64,000 bases of DNA from the IMG/VR virus record IMGVR_UViG_3300032285_002884, one strand, 5' to 3'. Origin of the DNA: a virus. The notes under the pieces are model-generated. The model did not search any database. It was not told the DNA's origin and saw nothing but the letters and a program-made list of their open reading frames with translations. Within the stretch, counting starts at the first letter, position 1. The number at the start of each line of letters is the position of its first letter. Both the position numbers and the translations under genes were made by a program. Positions 53,343 through 63,104 of this stretch are shown piece by piece.

Positions 53343-55520
53343 ATGAAGTACTCGAGCTTAGAATCACAGATCAGACGCGTTATGGAAGCTAAGGCTGACC
53401 GTAACTCTAAAGCGCGTGAGAAGATAGTCAACGTCGCTAGACAAGACGACGCAGCCCCGACTGACCCTAGGTCTAAGCTCGTTAAGCAGGCCGAGATCAA
53501 GACCAAGGTCATCGACGAGAACGAGATCCTCAGCGAGGTCAACCGAGACCCAGACTTTCAGAGCTTCCTAGACCAGAATAAGTGGAAGACTGGAAGCGAG
53601 ACTAAAGTTGGACAGTCTTTCACGTTTGGTGGAAAGTCGGATGCAGTTCGCGCAGGTGAGGGGCCATATCAGGTCTATCAGCGTCTAAGCACGCAGAAAG
53701 AAAAGCCTGCCGTTCCTTCATCTACCCCTTCTGACAACGGTCCAAAGCCTACACCTAAAGACACGACTCCGACAGCGACACCGAGCGCTGCCGACGATTC
53801 AAAGAGCGGCAACAGCCCACTCGCAGCAGGGATCAAGTCGTACGACAGGGACGCGCTCGATAAGATGAACGACAAGATGAGCGCTGATCAGCAGGCACTG
53901 CGCGATCGCTCATACGAGCGTTCCATTCCAAAGCCGCAGGTCGCTGCTTCTGTACCTTCTGACAACGGTCCAAAGCCGTCACCAAAGTCTCCAGAGCCTT
54001 CTCAGTCACGCGACTCTGGCGGATCTCAGTCGGCTCCTGCAAAGTCCCCTGAGCCTTCACAGTCACGCGACTCGGGCGGATCTCAGTCAGCGCCTGATTC
54101 CGGTGACAATGAAAGACTCAAGTCGACTTATGACCTCACCGATAAGTTTGCTGATCGTGGTCGTGAGACAATGTCGCCTCTCACTGGCACGCGTGCAGGT
54201 ACTTCTACCCGTTCATTTGCCGGCGATATGGCCAACATCGGCATCGACGTCAAATCAAAGAAAGACACAGTCAAGGAATCTATTCTTAGAGTAATAAACT
54301 CAAAAGATAATAGAAAACAAAAAGATGAGGAACTCTTGTTCGGAAAAGGTCCTCCGGATAACATGCCCATTCCTCCTTCCAATGTTAACGGCCGTATAGA
54401 TACTTCAATGTCTTCACCAAAGATGCCTCGCATAGATCCTGCAAAGGACGCGGCTCTATTAGGTATAACTAAGACTGCAAAGATGCCTAGCGTATATGAT
54501 TCGTGGCCATTTGCTAAAGCCATATCTGACGAGAAAGTCCCTGCTGTTAAGAAGTCTGTAAAAGAGTCGATCTTAAAAGTTACTGATCCTAAGGCCAACG
54601 ACGCTAGGAAGATCATGGGTGGTCAGACTCAGATCGATCTAAACCCTAAGACCGACGATCGCCCTGAGATCGAGCAGCAGGCTAAGAAGAAGCCGGTCTT
54701 CAAGAGCAACTTCAATGCCCCTATCAAGGAGCAGGACTCACATTATGGCTCTGCAGGTACTAGCCTTCATCAGAAGGAGAGGGAAGCAAAGCGCCGTCGC
54801 GACGATCTAGAAGACAAGAGTCAGACTAGAGCACAGATGAATAAACTTAAGCCAAAGATGGAGGAAGAAGAGATGTCAGACGCAGTATTGACGGAGAAGG
54901 AGCTGGCAGCTCTCGAGGAGATCGCAGCCTCATTCTCTGAAGGTAAGAAGATCAAGGAAGGCAGCAACAAGCCTACCGTCGGCAACCAAGCCGGTGAGAA
55001 GGGCGACCAGAGCGGTGAGAACCCAAAGAACAGCACCGCTCGCTACGACATCAGCGACGAGGTAGTCGTTGAGAAGCTCGTAGGCGGTCAGAAGAACCTT
55101 GACAAGAACCACAACGGTAAGATCGACGCAGAAGACTTCAAGCTTCTAAAGAAGAGCAAGATGAAAGAAGAAGTCGAGATGACTATTCTCTCAGCAGAGC
55201 ATATAGAGCGCTTCAACGCCGTACTCGAGGCAGAGGCAGTCAAGCGCGGTCGCGGTCGTCCTAAGAAGAACCCAGAAGGTGACGAGCCACGTCCAGAAGG
55301 TCGTGACCCACGTCAGCACATCCAGGTCATCGCTGGTCAGGCCGGTGCAGGCCGCGTCATCGACTTCAAGCACGACGACGGCTCGTCGACAAAGATCACA
55401 GCCCCTATGGGCAGGTCAATCGTCGCCCATCTAAACAACCTCAAGCCAAAAGAGCGTCACGACGCCGTCCAGTCTATCCACGGCAGTGCCGGCGGTCTAA
55501 AGAAGACAATGGGAATCTAA
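53343..55520 (+). CDS. Large low-complexity late protein (probable internal head protein)
   Basis: Many (V/I/M)KE sites; EF-hand-like DKNHNGKIDAED; AT-hook KRGRGRPKK. Confidence 0.7.
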   Translation: MKYSSLESQIRRVMEAKADRNSKAREKIVNVARQDDAAPTDPRSKLVKQAEIKTKVIDENEILSEVNRDPDFQSFLDQNKWKTGSETKVGQSFTFGGKSDAVRAGEGPYQVYQRLSTQKEKPAVPSSTPSDNGPKPTPKDTTPTATPSAADDSKSGNSPLAAGIKSYDRDALDKMNDKMSADQQALRDRSYERSIPKPQVAASVPSDNGPKPSPKSPEPSQSRDSGGSQSAPAKSPEPSQSRDSGGSQSAPDSGDNERLKSTYDLTDKFADRGRETMSPLTGTRAGTSTRSFAGDMANIGIDVKSKKDTVKESILRVINSKDNRKQKDEELLFGKGPPDNMPIPPSNVNGRIDTSMSSPKMPRIDPAKDAALLGITKTAKMPSVYDSWPFAKAISDEKVPAVKKSVKESILKVTDPKANDARKIMGGQTQIDLNPKTDDRPEIEQQAKKKPVFKSNFNAPIKEQDSHYGSAGTSLHQKEREAKRRRDDLEDKSQTRAQMNKLKPKMEEEEMSDAVLTEKELAALEEIAASFSEGKKIKEGSNKPTVGNQAGEKGDQSGENPKNSTARYDISDEVVVEKLVGGQKNLDKNHNGKIDAEDFKLLKKSKMKEEVEMTILSAEHIERFNAVLEAEAVKRGRGRPKKNPEGDEPRPEGRDPRQHIQVIAGQAGAGRVIDFKHDDGSSTKITAPMGRSIVAHLNNLKPKERHDAVQSIHGSAGGLKKTMGI
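53985..54096 (+). repeat. 57-bp in-frame tandem repeat (2 copies)
   Basis: KSPEPSQSRDSGGSQSAP x2 with synonymous differences. Confidence 0.85.
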
Positions 55521-55753
55521 TACATGACGATTGATGATGAAAGATCGGGGCCGGCTTCAGAGCCGGCTCAAGACTTCGAAGAGCGCGGGGCCATGAGATC
55601 CCCAGCTCCACCAAACACGCATGATGAGAAGCACCACACCCTGATTGTGAACGGTGTGGAGAAGAAGATAAGCAAGAAGTCTCGTTACCTACTCGACATG
55701 TTGACTCTTGATGATGAATAAATAAGCAAAGAAACTCATAAGGAGACACGACT

Positions 55754-56518
55754 ATGGCCCAGTGGGGAAGAAACGATCAGGCGGTTACTGCTAACAGCAC
55801 GACCACTAAGGAATCATCTAACGGCGCGCCGATTGGAACCTACGCCCTCGTCAAGGGTAGCGGCGGCGGTGTCGTTCCAGTAAGCATGAGCGCTAACGCG
55901 CACTTCGGCAACTCATCGGGTGGATCGCGTGCAAACGTCGACGTCGCGATGTTCAACAATACGACTCCAGGCGCGTTCATTTCTGGACAAGCTGTCGGTA
56001 TCTTCGGCGTAAGCGCTACTGAAAAAGCAAACAACACGACCAACAGCTCAAAAGAAGCGCCCGCACATGCTGGTTGGGTAGTCCGCAAAGCTGGAACTGG
56101 TCCAGTAATCAGCGTATCTATCAGCGGTACACCTACAGCGTACAACAACAACGACGTCCTTACAGTAGCTTCACAGCAGGCTGGCGGCAACTCGACCGTG
56201 AACTTCACGACAAACTCGACCGGCGGCAACCTAAGCTTCACCGTCACGACAGCGGGTGCAGGTTTCACCAACTCGACTATCAACAGCTCGATGTCGATCA
56301 TGGCTATCACCAACTCGACCGGTGGAACTGCAGCAGGAAACTCTTCAGTCAACAGCATCACCGTCGCAGTCGGTGGACGTGCAGGGCGAGTACATACTGA
56401 GGTTCTCGTGGCTATGGGTTCTCTTGGTGTCAACAGCACGTCATCGACTGGTGTGGTCGGCGCTGCTGGTACCGTCACCGACGCTTCTACGGATAATACT
56501 CAGTATCCTGGCGTCTAA
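55754..56518 (+). CDS. Probable virion structural protein
   Basis: MAQWG, HAGWV, GRAGRV..EVLVAM; AATAAATA upstream. Confidence 0.7.
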   Translation: MAQWGRNDQAVTANSTTTKESSNGAPIGTYALVKGSGGGVVPVSMSANAHFGNSSGGSRANVDVAMFNNTTPGAFISGQAVGIFGVSATEKANNTTNSSKEAPAHAGWVVRKAGTGPVISVSISGTPTAYNNNDVLTVASQQAGGNSTVNFTTNSTGGNLSFTVTTAGAGFTNSTINSSMSIMAITNSTGGTAAGNSSVNSITVAVGGRAGRVHTEVLVAMGSLGVNSTSSTGVVGAAGTVTDASTDNTQYPGV

Positions 56519-56536
56519 TAACTAGGATATAATATA

Positions 56537-57355
56537 ATGGCTAATGAGCAGAGAAGACTTTCTGATCTTCCTCAAGCCTCGGCAGTGCAGGGTTCTGATA
56601 GGATAGTTTTCCTTCAGAACTCTGCATCTACCCCGATGGCCAGAACTATAAATGTCACTAACTTCGCTAACTCAATCTCTATCAGCACACTCCGAAACAG
56701 TGGTCAGACGGTAGCCCTGTCCAACAGTGGAACGCTGACTTTTACCAATGGTGGCAAGCTCGGCGCTAACATCGAGGGCGATGCTATAGGGTTTGAACTC
56801 AGCGGGCCCGCTACTCTAGACTATGTCGGCATATCTTACGGCCAAGATCCGGTCAACGGCAACTCTAGCTACTTGTCGTTATATAAAGAAAACTACGGAT
56901 CAAACAGCTCGCATGGTTTCACAATTCAGATGTGGAAAGGTAATTCAGCTGGTAACTTTGCACAGTGGACTTTTAATTCTAATAACACGCTATCGATCCC
57001 AGGACCGATCGCGGGTGCTACAGAGACCCAGACCTACGTTAGCACTACTATCGAGTTAGACCTTAACAAGACGGTCAACAAGCTGACTCCACATGCAGCA
57101 GCGGGTGCCCCACACTACCACCTCAGTAGCGGTACCGAGGGGCAGATCATGTATCTCGTCCCAAATGATAATGGTCCGACAAACGGCTCAGAGTCTACTA
57201 CCATGAGCTTTAGTGCTGCACGATGGGTAGGTAGCGGCTATGTCAGCAGCTACGCTCCGGCTAACGGCTGGAAACCTTTCGGCAACGGTTCTGCAGTAGT
57301 CACTCTACTCTTTTCAGACGGCTATTGGAACCTTCCTCACACAGTCTTCGGCTAA
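56537..57355 (+). CDS. Probable structural/fibre protein
   Basis: RLSDLP..; N/S/G-rich. Confidence 0.6.
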   Translation: MANEQRRLSDLPQASAVQGSDRIVFLQNSASTPMARTINVTNFANSISISTLRNSGQTVALSNSGTLTFTNGGKLGANIEGDAIGFELSGPATLDYVGISYGQDPVNGNSSYLSLYKENYGSNSSHGFTIQMWKGNSAGNFAQWTFNSNNTLSIPGPIAGATETQTYVSTTIELDLNKTVNKLTPHAAAGAPHYHLSSGTEGQIMYLVPNDNGPTNGSESTTMSFSAARWVGSGYVSSYAPANGWKPFGNGSAVVTLLFSDGYWNLPHTVFG

Positions 57356-57361
57356 TGGTTC

Positions 57362-57748
57362 ATGGACAGACTTGATGATTCTAACTTCTTGATATACTGC
57401 GCGAAGCACTACGATAATCCTCAGTGTCAATCCACCGAGGAGTTCCTTGAAGACCTTAAACGAATAAAGTACATCAAGAAGTTGATTACACGATACATTG
57501 AGACGGGTGAACTTAAAGAGAGGTTGATCTTGAATCACCTCATCGTCCTGAGTAACGTGTTCAGACCTGAGCATCTCTGTAAGATACTGTACTTAAAGGT
57601 AAATAAGCATATGAAGTATGTGAAGCCTTTCATCATACTTCTCAACGTAATGCCGTCCACTATAAAGTACGTTAACGACGAAGTTATCATAAATATGGAT
57701 GAGATCCCCATGGACGAGGGGGTTATAAGAGTACTAAGGAAGATCTGA
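57362..57748 (+). CDS. Conserved T4-like hypothetical protein
   Basis: YDNPQC..EEF.EDLKR.KYIK, LKERLILNH. Confidence 0.8.
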   Translation: MDRLDDSNFLIYCAKHYDNPQCQSTEEFLEDLKRIKYIKKLITRYIETGELKERLILNHLIVLSNVFRPEHLCKILYLKVNKHMKYVKPFIILLNVMPSTIKYVNDEVIINMDEIPMDEGVIRVLRKI

Positions 57749-57936
57749 TGATCAAGGAAGACGCAACATCGACGGTGCCGGCTAACTCAGCTCAGGCTGG
57801 AGGCGGCGGTGTCGCAGGTCTAGGCGGTGCTTCTGGCGAGCCGCCAGGAATACCTGCTTCTAAGAAGAAGCGTAGGCCGCTGAGCGCTATCTTGACACAG
57901 ACTCCTATCAAGCGCAAGCCACCAACGGGAGTCTAA
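57748..57936 (+). CDS. Hypothetical protein
   Basis: Coupled ORF MIKED..PANS. Confidence 0.6.
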   Translation: MIKEDATSTVPANSAQAGGGGVAGLGGASGEPPGIPASKKKRRPLSAILTQTPIKRKPPTGV

Positions 57937-57937
57937 A

Positions 57938-58360
57938 ATGGAACCGTCACTGGGAACTCTAGACATAGTTAATCCACGCCTCGACAGAATGGAGAGCGTA
58001 CTCGAGCGACTCAGTGAAGTCTCTGTAGACATCAAGCAGCTGCTTGCAGTACACGAGCAGCGTCTCGGCCAGCACGAGAAGTTTCATGACTACATCGATA
58101 ACCAGCTTGAGAAGAGAAAAGAAGACCTAGACTCAAAGATCGACGCAGTTTACGTTACAATGAAAAAACAAGACAACAGCGTCTTTGATGAGATCAAGAA
58201 GCTCCGAGAAGAGTCTCTCTCACAATATGATAAGATCAATGATAAGATCTCTCACATGGAGAAGTACATCTGGATCGCGATCGGCGGTACCGGATTCTTA
58301 TCATGGCTGATCGCGTACGGACTTCCTGGACTCTCTAAAATAATTGCCGTCGCACACTAA
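57938..58360 (+). CDS. Coiled-coil protein with C-terminal TM
   Basis: LLAVHEQRL; EKYIWIAIGG. Confidence 0.7.
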   Translation: MEPSLGTLDIVNPRLDRMESVLERLSEVSVDIKQLLAVHEQRLGQHEKFHDYIDNQLEKRKEDLDSKIDAVYVTMKKQDNSVFDEIKKLREESLSQYDKINDKISHMEKYIWIAIGGTGFLSWLIAYGLPGLSKIIAVAH

Positions 58361-58437
58361 ATAATTCACCTTTCCTATTTACAAATATTCTAAACCGTGT
58401 ATAATAGCTTTATGCACAGTAAAAAAGGATATTGTCG

Positions 58438-59469
58438 ATGAGTTGGCTTGAAGAGAAGTATATCGGGCTGATGTCCGGAAGGCTTAGGAACTTCAAGCGC
58501 AGGGGTCCAGGTCGGTACTCGTTCTCGTGTCCTATCTGCGGTGATTCTGAGTCTGACAAGCGCAAGGCCAGGGGCAACATCTATACCAAGCAGGGACGAC
58601 TCATGTTCCACTGCTTCAACTGCTCAGCCTCGACCAACGTACCCAACCTCATCAAGTCCATAGACGCGTCCCTCTACTCTGAGTACTCCATCGAGCGACT
58701 CAGGGAGGAGAAGTCACCTCAGCAGGTAGAGCTTGAGGAGTTCGTCATGAAGATGAAGACTCCGGTGTTCATGAGCTCTGGTCCGCTCAGGGGTCTCAAG
58801 AAGGTCAGCCAGCTGTCGCCCGACGACCCTATCAAGAAGTACGTCGACTCGCGCAGGATCCCAAACCCCTACCACGCCAAGATGTTCAAGTGCCCCAACT
58901 TCTTCGCTTGGGTCAACGAGGTCGTGCCTGGAAAGTTCGAGACCTCGGCGCTGACACACGACGAGACTCGACTACTCATCCCCTTCCTAGGTAAGGACAA
59001 GATGATGCACGCCTTTCAGGGCAGGTCACTCAGCGTCAAGAGCCGCACCAAGTACATCACCGTGGTTAACGACGAGACTCAGCCGAAGCTCTACGGCCTC
59101 GACGCGGTCGACCTAAGTAAGACGACGTACGTGATGGAGGGTCCAATTGATTCTATGTTTATCAATAATAGTATTGCTACTGCTGGCGGTGATCTTGTTT
59201 CTAGTCTCAGTCCTCTTAACTCCTCCAAGTCTTCCTTGGTAGTAGTCTACGACAACGAGCCGAGGTCGGTCGAGACGATCAAGAAGATCGACAAGGCCAT
59301 CATGCAGGGCTACAGCGTCTGCATCTGGCCGGACAACCTCGAGCACAAGGACGTCAACGACATGGTGATGGCGGGGTTGACATCTGAGTTCATTCAGTAT
59401 ATAATAGACCAGAACACTGTTCGGGACCTGCAGGCAAAGCTGGCGCTGCAGCGGTGGAGGAGGGCGTGA
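58438..59469 (+). CDS. 61: DNA primase (gp61)
   Basis: CPICGDS..HCFNC, FQGR, EGPIDSMF, DNEPR, KDVND. Confidence 0.96.
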   Translation: MSWLEEKYIGLMSGRLRNFKRRGPGRYSFSCPICGDSESDKRKARGNIYTKQGRLMFHCFNCSASTNVPNLIKSIDASLYSEYSIERLREEKSPQQVELEEFVMKMKTPVFMSSGPLRGLKKVSQLSPDDPIKKYVDSRRIPNPYHAKMFKCPNFFAWVNEVVPGKFETSALTHDETRLLIPFLGKDKMMHAFQGRSLSVKSRTKYITVVNDETQPKLYGLDAVDLSKTTYVMEGPIDSMFINNSIATAGGDLVSSLSPLNSSKSSLVVVYDNEPRSVETIKKIDKAIMQGYSVCIWPDNLEHKDVNDMVMAGLTSEFIQYIIDQNTVRDLQAKLALQRWRRA

Positions 59470-59750
59470 TGCTTACTAAGCAAGAGATGGAAAATATATG
59501 GAACTACGAGCGTGTCGACTTCTTAAAGAACCTAGTTAAGAAGAAAAAGAACCACGTTAAGTACAGGGTTACCTTTATGCCTTACGAGCGCGTGTATCAC
59601 GATCCAATCGAAGTCGAGGTGTGGGCTAAAGACAGAGCATATGCGATAGACGAAGCAGTGATGGAAGGTGACATACACAATACTATGCGTGAGAAGTTCG
59701 GCGCAGATAAATGGTATGGATACGATACTAAAGTGGAGCAAGTAAGATGA
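59469..59750 (+). CDS. Hypothetical protein
   Basis: Coupled ORF. Confidence 0.65.
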   Translation: MLTKQEMENIWNYERVDFLKNLVKKKKNHVKYRVTFMPYERVYHDPIEVEVWAKDRAYAIDEAVMEGDIHNTMREKFGADKWYGYDTKVEQVR

Positions 59751-60409
59751 ATACAGCAAACATCATTGCAGTGACTAGGCCTACGAGCGGGCTGGACGTC
59801 GATGACTTCATCGCGTACATCGCTCGAGTATCAAACCCTTCTAACCAGAACAATAAAGAGACTGCGCAGAAACTCATTAAGTATCTCATGAAGAACAAGC
59901 ACTGGTCGCCGTTCGAGATGGTGCATGTAGTCATGGAGATCAATACCACTCGTGATATCGCTAGACAGATTCTACGCCACCGTTCATTCTCTTTCCAAGA
60001 GTTTAGCCAGAGATACGCGGATCCAACCCAAGACCTTGGATTCGTCACTCGTGAAGCCCGTCTCCAAGATACAAAGAACAGACAAAACTCAATCGAAGTT
60101 AAAGACGATCCAGAGCTCAAACACATGTGGAATGAGCGTCAAAAGATAGTAATTGAATATGCACAAAAGGAATATGATTGGGCTATTAAAAATGGAATCG
60201 CAAAAGAACAAGCTCGTTCAGTTCTTCCTGAAGGTCTTACTGTCTCTCGTCTTTATATGGCTGGTTCTCTTAGAAGTTGGATACACTACTGCGAGCTACG
60301 TATGGCTAGTGGCACGCAGAAAGAGCATCGAGAGATAGCCCTCGACGCTTGGTACAAGATCACAGAGGTATTTCCCTCGCTTAGGGACACACTAGACATC
60401 GGTAAATAA
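59747..60409 (+). CDS. thyX: Flavin-dependent thymidylate synthase
   Basis: HWSPFE, RHRSFSFQEFSQRY, EQAR.VLP. Confidence 0.97.
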   Translation: MNTANIIAVTRPTSGLDVDDFIAYIARVSNPSNQNNKETAQKLIKYLMKNKHWSPFEMVHVVMEINTTRDIARQILRHRSFSFQEFSQRYADPTQDLGFVTREARLQDTKNRQNSIEVKDDPELKHMWNERQKIVIEYAQKEYDWAIKNGIAKEQARSVLPEGLTVSRLYMAGSLRSWIHYCELRMASGTQKEHREIALDAWYKITEVFPSLRDTLDIGK

Positions 60410-60419
60410 AGAGGAATAG

Positions 60420-62708
60420 ATGACAATAACAGTAACCAAGAGGGACGGATCTAAAGAGCCCCTTAACCTAGAGAAGTTTCATCGAGTAGTGAGCTGGGCC
60501 TGCGAGGACCTCAGCGGGGTCTCTGAGTCCGAGATCGAGCTTAGGTCCCAGATCCAATTCTACAGTGGCATCAAGACCTCTGACATCCAAGAGACGCTCA
60601 TCAAGGCAGCGGCTGACCTCATCAGCGACGAGGCACCCAACTACCAGTACGTAGCCGGCGCACTCATCAACTATCACCTGCGCAAGAACGTCTATGACAA
60701 GTATGAGCCGAACAACCTCAAGGACCACATCCGCTACGTGGTGTCCGAGGGCTACTACGACCCCGAGATCTTAGAGTGGTACACCGACGACGAGCTCTCA
60801 AAGCTCAACGACTTCATCGACCACGACCGTGACTTTGACTTGACCTACGCTGCTATGGAGCAGCTTCGCGGCAAGTACCTCGTCAAGAACAGAGTCACCG
60901 GTAAGTACTACGAGACTCCTCAGATGTCGTCGATGCTCATCGCGATGGTCCTGTTTCGTGAGTACCCAAAGGGTACCCGTCTCAAGTGGGTACGTGAGCT
61001 CTATGACTCGGTAAGCAAGTTTGAGATCTCACTACCGACCCCCATCATGGCTGGCCTCCGTACCCCGCAGAAGCAGTTCAGCTCTTGCGTGCTCATCGAG
61101 ACCGACGACTCTCTGGACTCGATCAATGCAACCGCTTCTTCTATCGTCAAGTACGTTTCTCAGAAAGCTGGCATCGGCATCGGTGCAGGTCGCATTCGCG
61201 CTGTTGGTAGTCCTATTCGTAATGGTGATGCGTCTCACACTGGCGTCATTCCGTTCTATAAGCACTTTCAGTCAGCAGTCAAGTCTTGCAGCCAAGGAGG
61301 CGTACGAGGTGGCGCGGCTACTCTGTACTATCCTGTATGGCATCTGGAAGTCGAGGACATCTTAGTACTCAAGAACAACAAGGGCACGGAGGACAATCGT
61401 GTACGACACCTCGACTATGGAGTCCAGTTTAACAAGGTTATGTACGAGCGCCTTCTTTCTGGGCTCAACATCACTCTTTTCAGCCCTAACGATGTACCAG
61501 ATCTATATGACGCCTTTTATATTGACAATGACAAGTTTCGAGAACTCTATGAAAAGTATGAGCGAAACCCAAAGATCAAGAAGAAGGTAATCTCGGCCAT
61601 CGACCTGTTCTCTGCTTTCATGCAGGAACGCAAGGACACCGGCCGTATCTACCTAATGAATGTCGACCACGCAAACGACCACGGCTCGTTCATCAAGGAG
61701 CTCGCACCGATTCGTCAGTCGAACCTCTGCTCAGAGATCGATCTCCCTACCAAGCCGCTCAAGGACCTCAACGATCCCGACGGCGAGATCTCGCTCTGCA
61801 CCCTAGCTGCCATCAACTGGGGCAAGATCCGTGTAGCAGCCGACTTCGAGCGTCCGTGCACCCTAGTCGTCCGCGCACTCGATGAGCTGCTCAGCTACCA
61901 AGACTATCCGGTCCTTGCGGCCAGAAACTCTACTATGGCTCGTCGCCCACTCGGCATCGGCATCATCAACCTCGCGTACTGGCTCGCCAAGAACGACTTC
62001 ACGTATCAGGGCATCAGCCAAGAGGGTCTCGCAAAGATCCATGAGTTCGCCGAGGCCTGGTCCTACTACCTCATCAGCGCGTCGATCGACCTAGCCGAGG
62101 AGAAGGGCGCGCCGAGTAAGTCAAACGAGACGAAGTACTCACAGGGAATCTTCCCGATCGACACCTATAAGCGAGAAGTCGACGAACTTGTAACTCCAGT
62201 TTACAACTTGGACTGGGAAGCCTTAAGAGAGAGGGCAAAGAAGTATGGCATCCGCAATTCCACGCTCATGGCACTCATGCCCGCGGAGACCTCCGCTCAG
62301 ATTTCAAACTCGACCAACGGGATTGAGCCTGCTAGGTCTCTGGTCACGGTTAAACAGAGCAAGGACGGAGTTCTCAAGCAGGTGGTACCCGATATCAGAA
62401 AGCTTAAGAAAAAGTACGATCTACTTTGGGACCAAGTATCCCCTGAGGGTTACCTTAAGATCGTCGCCGTCCTACAAAAGTTTATCGATCAAGGCATCTC
62501 GGTAAACACCTCTTACAACCCTAAGTTCTACGAGGGCGAGCAGATCCCAATGTCGACCATGCTCCAGCACATCTTGATGTTCTACAAGTACGGCGGCAAG
62601 CAGCTCTACTACTTCAACACCAACGACGGCGCCGGCGAGATCGACGTCAAGCCTGAGTTGGCCCTAGGTGAGATGGACGACGAGAACTGTGTGGCATGCG
62701 TGATCTAA
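60420..62708 (+). CDS. nrdA: Ribonucleotide reductase class Ia alpha subunit
   Basis: ATP cone VTKRDG, QFSSC, SNLCSEI, C-terminal CVAC. Confidence 0.98.
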   Translation: MTITVTKRDGSKEPLNLEKFHRVVSWACEDLSGVSESEIELRSQIQFYSGIKTSDIQETLIKAAADLISDEAPNYQYVAGALINYHLRKNVYDKYEPNNLKDHIRYVVSEGYYDPEILEWYTDDELSKLNDFIDHDRDFDLTYAAMEQLRGKYLVKNRVTGKYYETPQMSSMLIAMVLFREYPKGTRLKWVRELYDSVSKFEISLPTPIMAGLRTPQKQFSSCVLIETDDSLDSINATASSIVKYVSQKAGIGIGAGRIRAVGSPIRNGDASHTGVIPFYKHFQSAVKSCSQGGVRGGAATLYYPVWHLEVEDILVLKNNKGTEDNRVRHLDYGVQFNKVMYERLLSGLNITLFSPNDVPDLYDAFYIDNDKFRELYEKYERNPKIKKKVISAIDLFSAFMQERKDTGRIYLMNVDHANDHGSFIKELAPIRQSNLCSEIDLPTKPLKDLNDPDGEISLCTLAAINWGKIRVAADFERPCTLVVRALDELLSYQDYPVLAARNSTMARRPLGIGIINLAYWLAKNDFTYQGISQEGLAKIHEFAEAWSYYLISASIDLAEEKGAPSKSNETKYSQGIFPIDTYKREVDELVTPVYNLDWEALRERAKKYGIRNSTLMALMPAETSAQISNSTNGIEPARSLVTVKQSKDGVLKQVVPDIRKLKKKYDLLWDQVSPEGYLKIVAVLQKFIDQGISVNTSYNPKFYEGEQIPMSTMLQHILMFYKYGGKQLYYFNTNDGAGEIDVKPELALGEMDDENCVACVI

Positions 62709-62895
62709 CTATCAAGATTGCTAAATACGCAAGGTGGTCTAGTTTTGACTTGGCGATCCAGTTTAATCCAGTCCGTTGGTGGGTGGTTAGCTGGTTCGCT
62801 CAAGGCCCGACCGACATGGATCCGGGTAGTTACTGCTTAAGCATTAGGTTTATCATGTTCAGGTTAAACGTAATCTTAGACGACGGGAGCTACTA

Positions 62896-63102
62896 ATGAG
62901 CGATCATAAAGTTCTAGAAGAAGCTAACAACGTAATCTTTAGAAAGATGGAGATAGGAGACTACTGCATCGTGCACCTTAAAGAGTCGATGGAACCAAGG
63001 ATATATGACCAAGACTCTAAGACCCTCTACGTACCGCCAGAGGGATACATGAAGTTCGACAACGACAACTTTCAAAGAAGACGCAGGATCGCAGGGATTT
63101 AA
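62896..63102 (+). CDS. Hypothetical protein
   Basis: ORF between nrdA and nrdB. Confidence 0.5.
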   Translation: MSDHKVLEEANNVIFRKMEIGDYCIVHLKESMEPRIYDQDSKTLYVPPEGYMKFDNDNFQRRRRIAGI

Positions 63103-63104
63103 CT

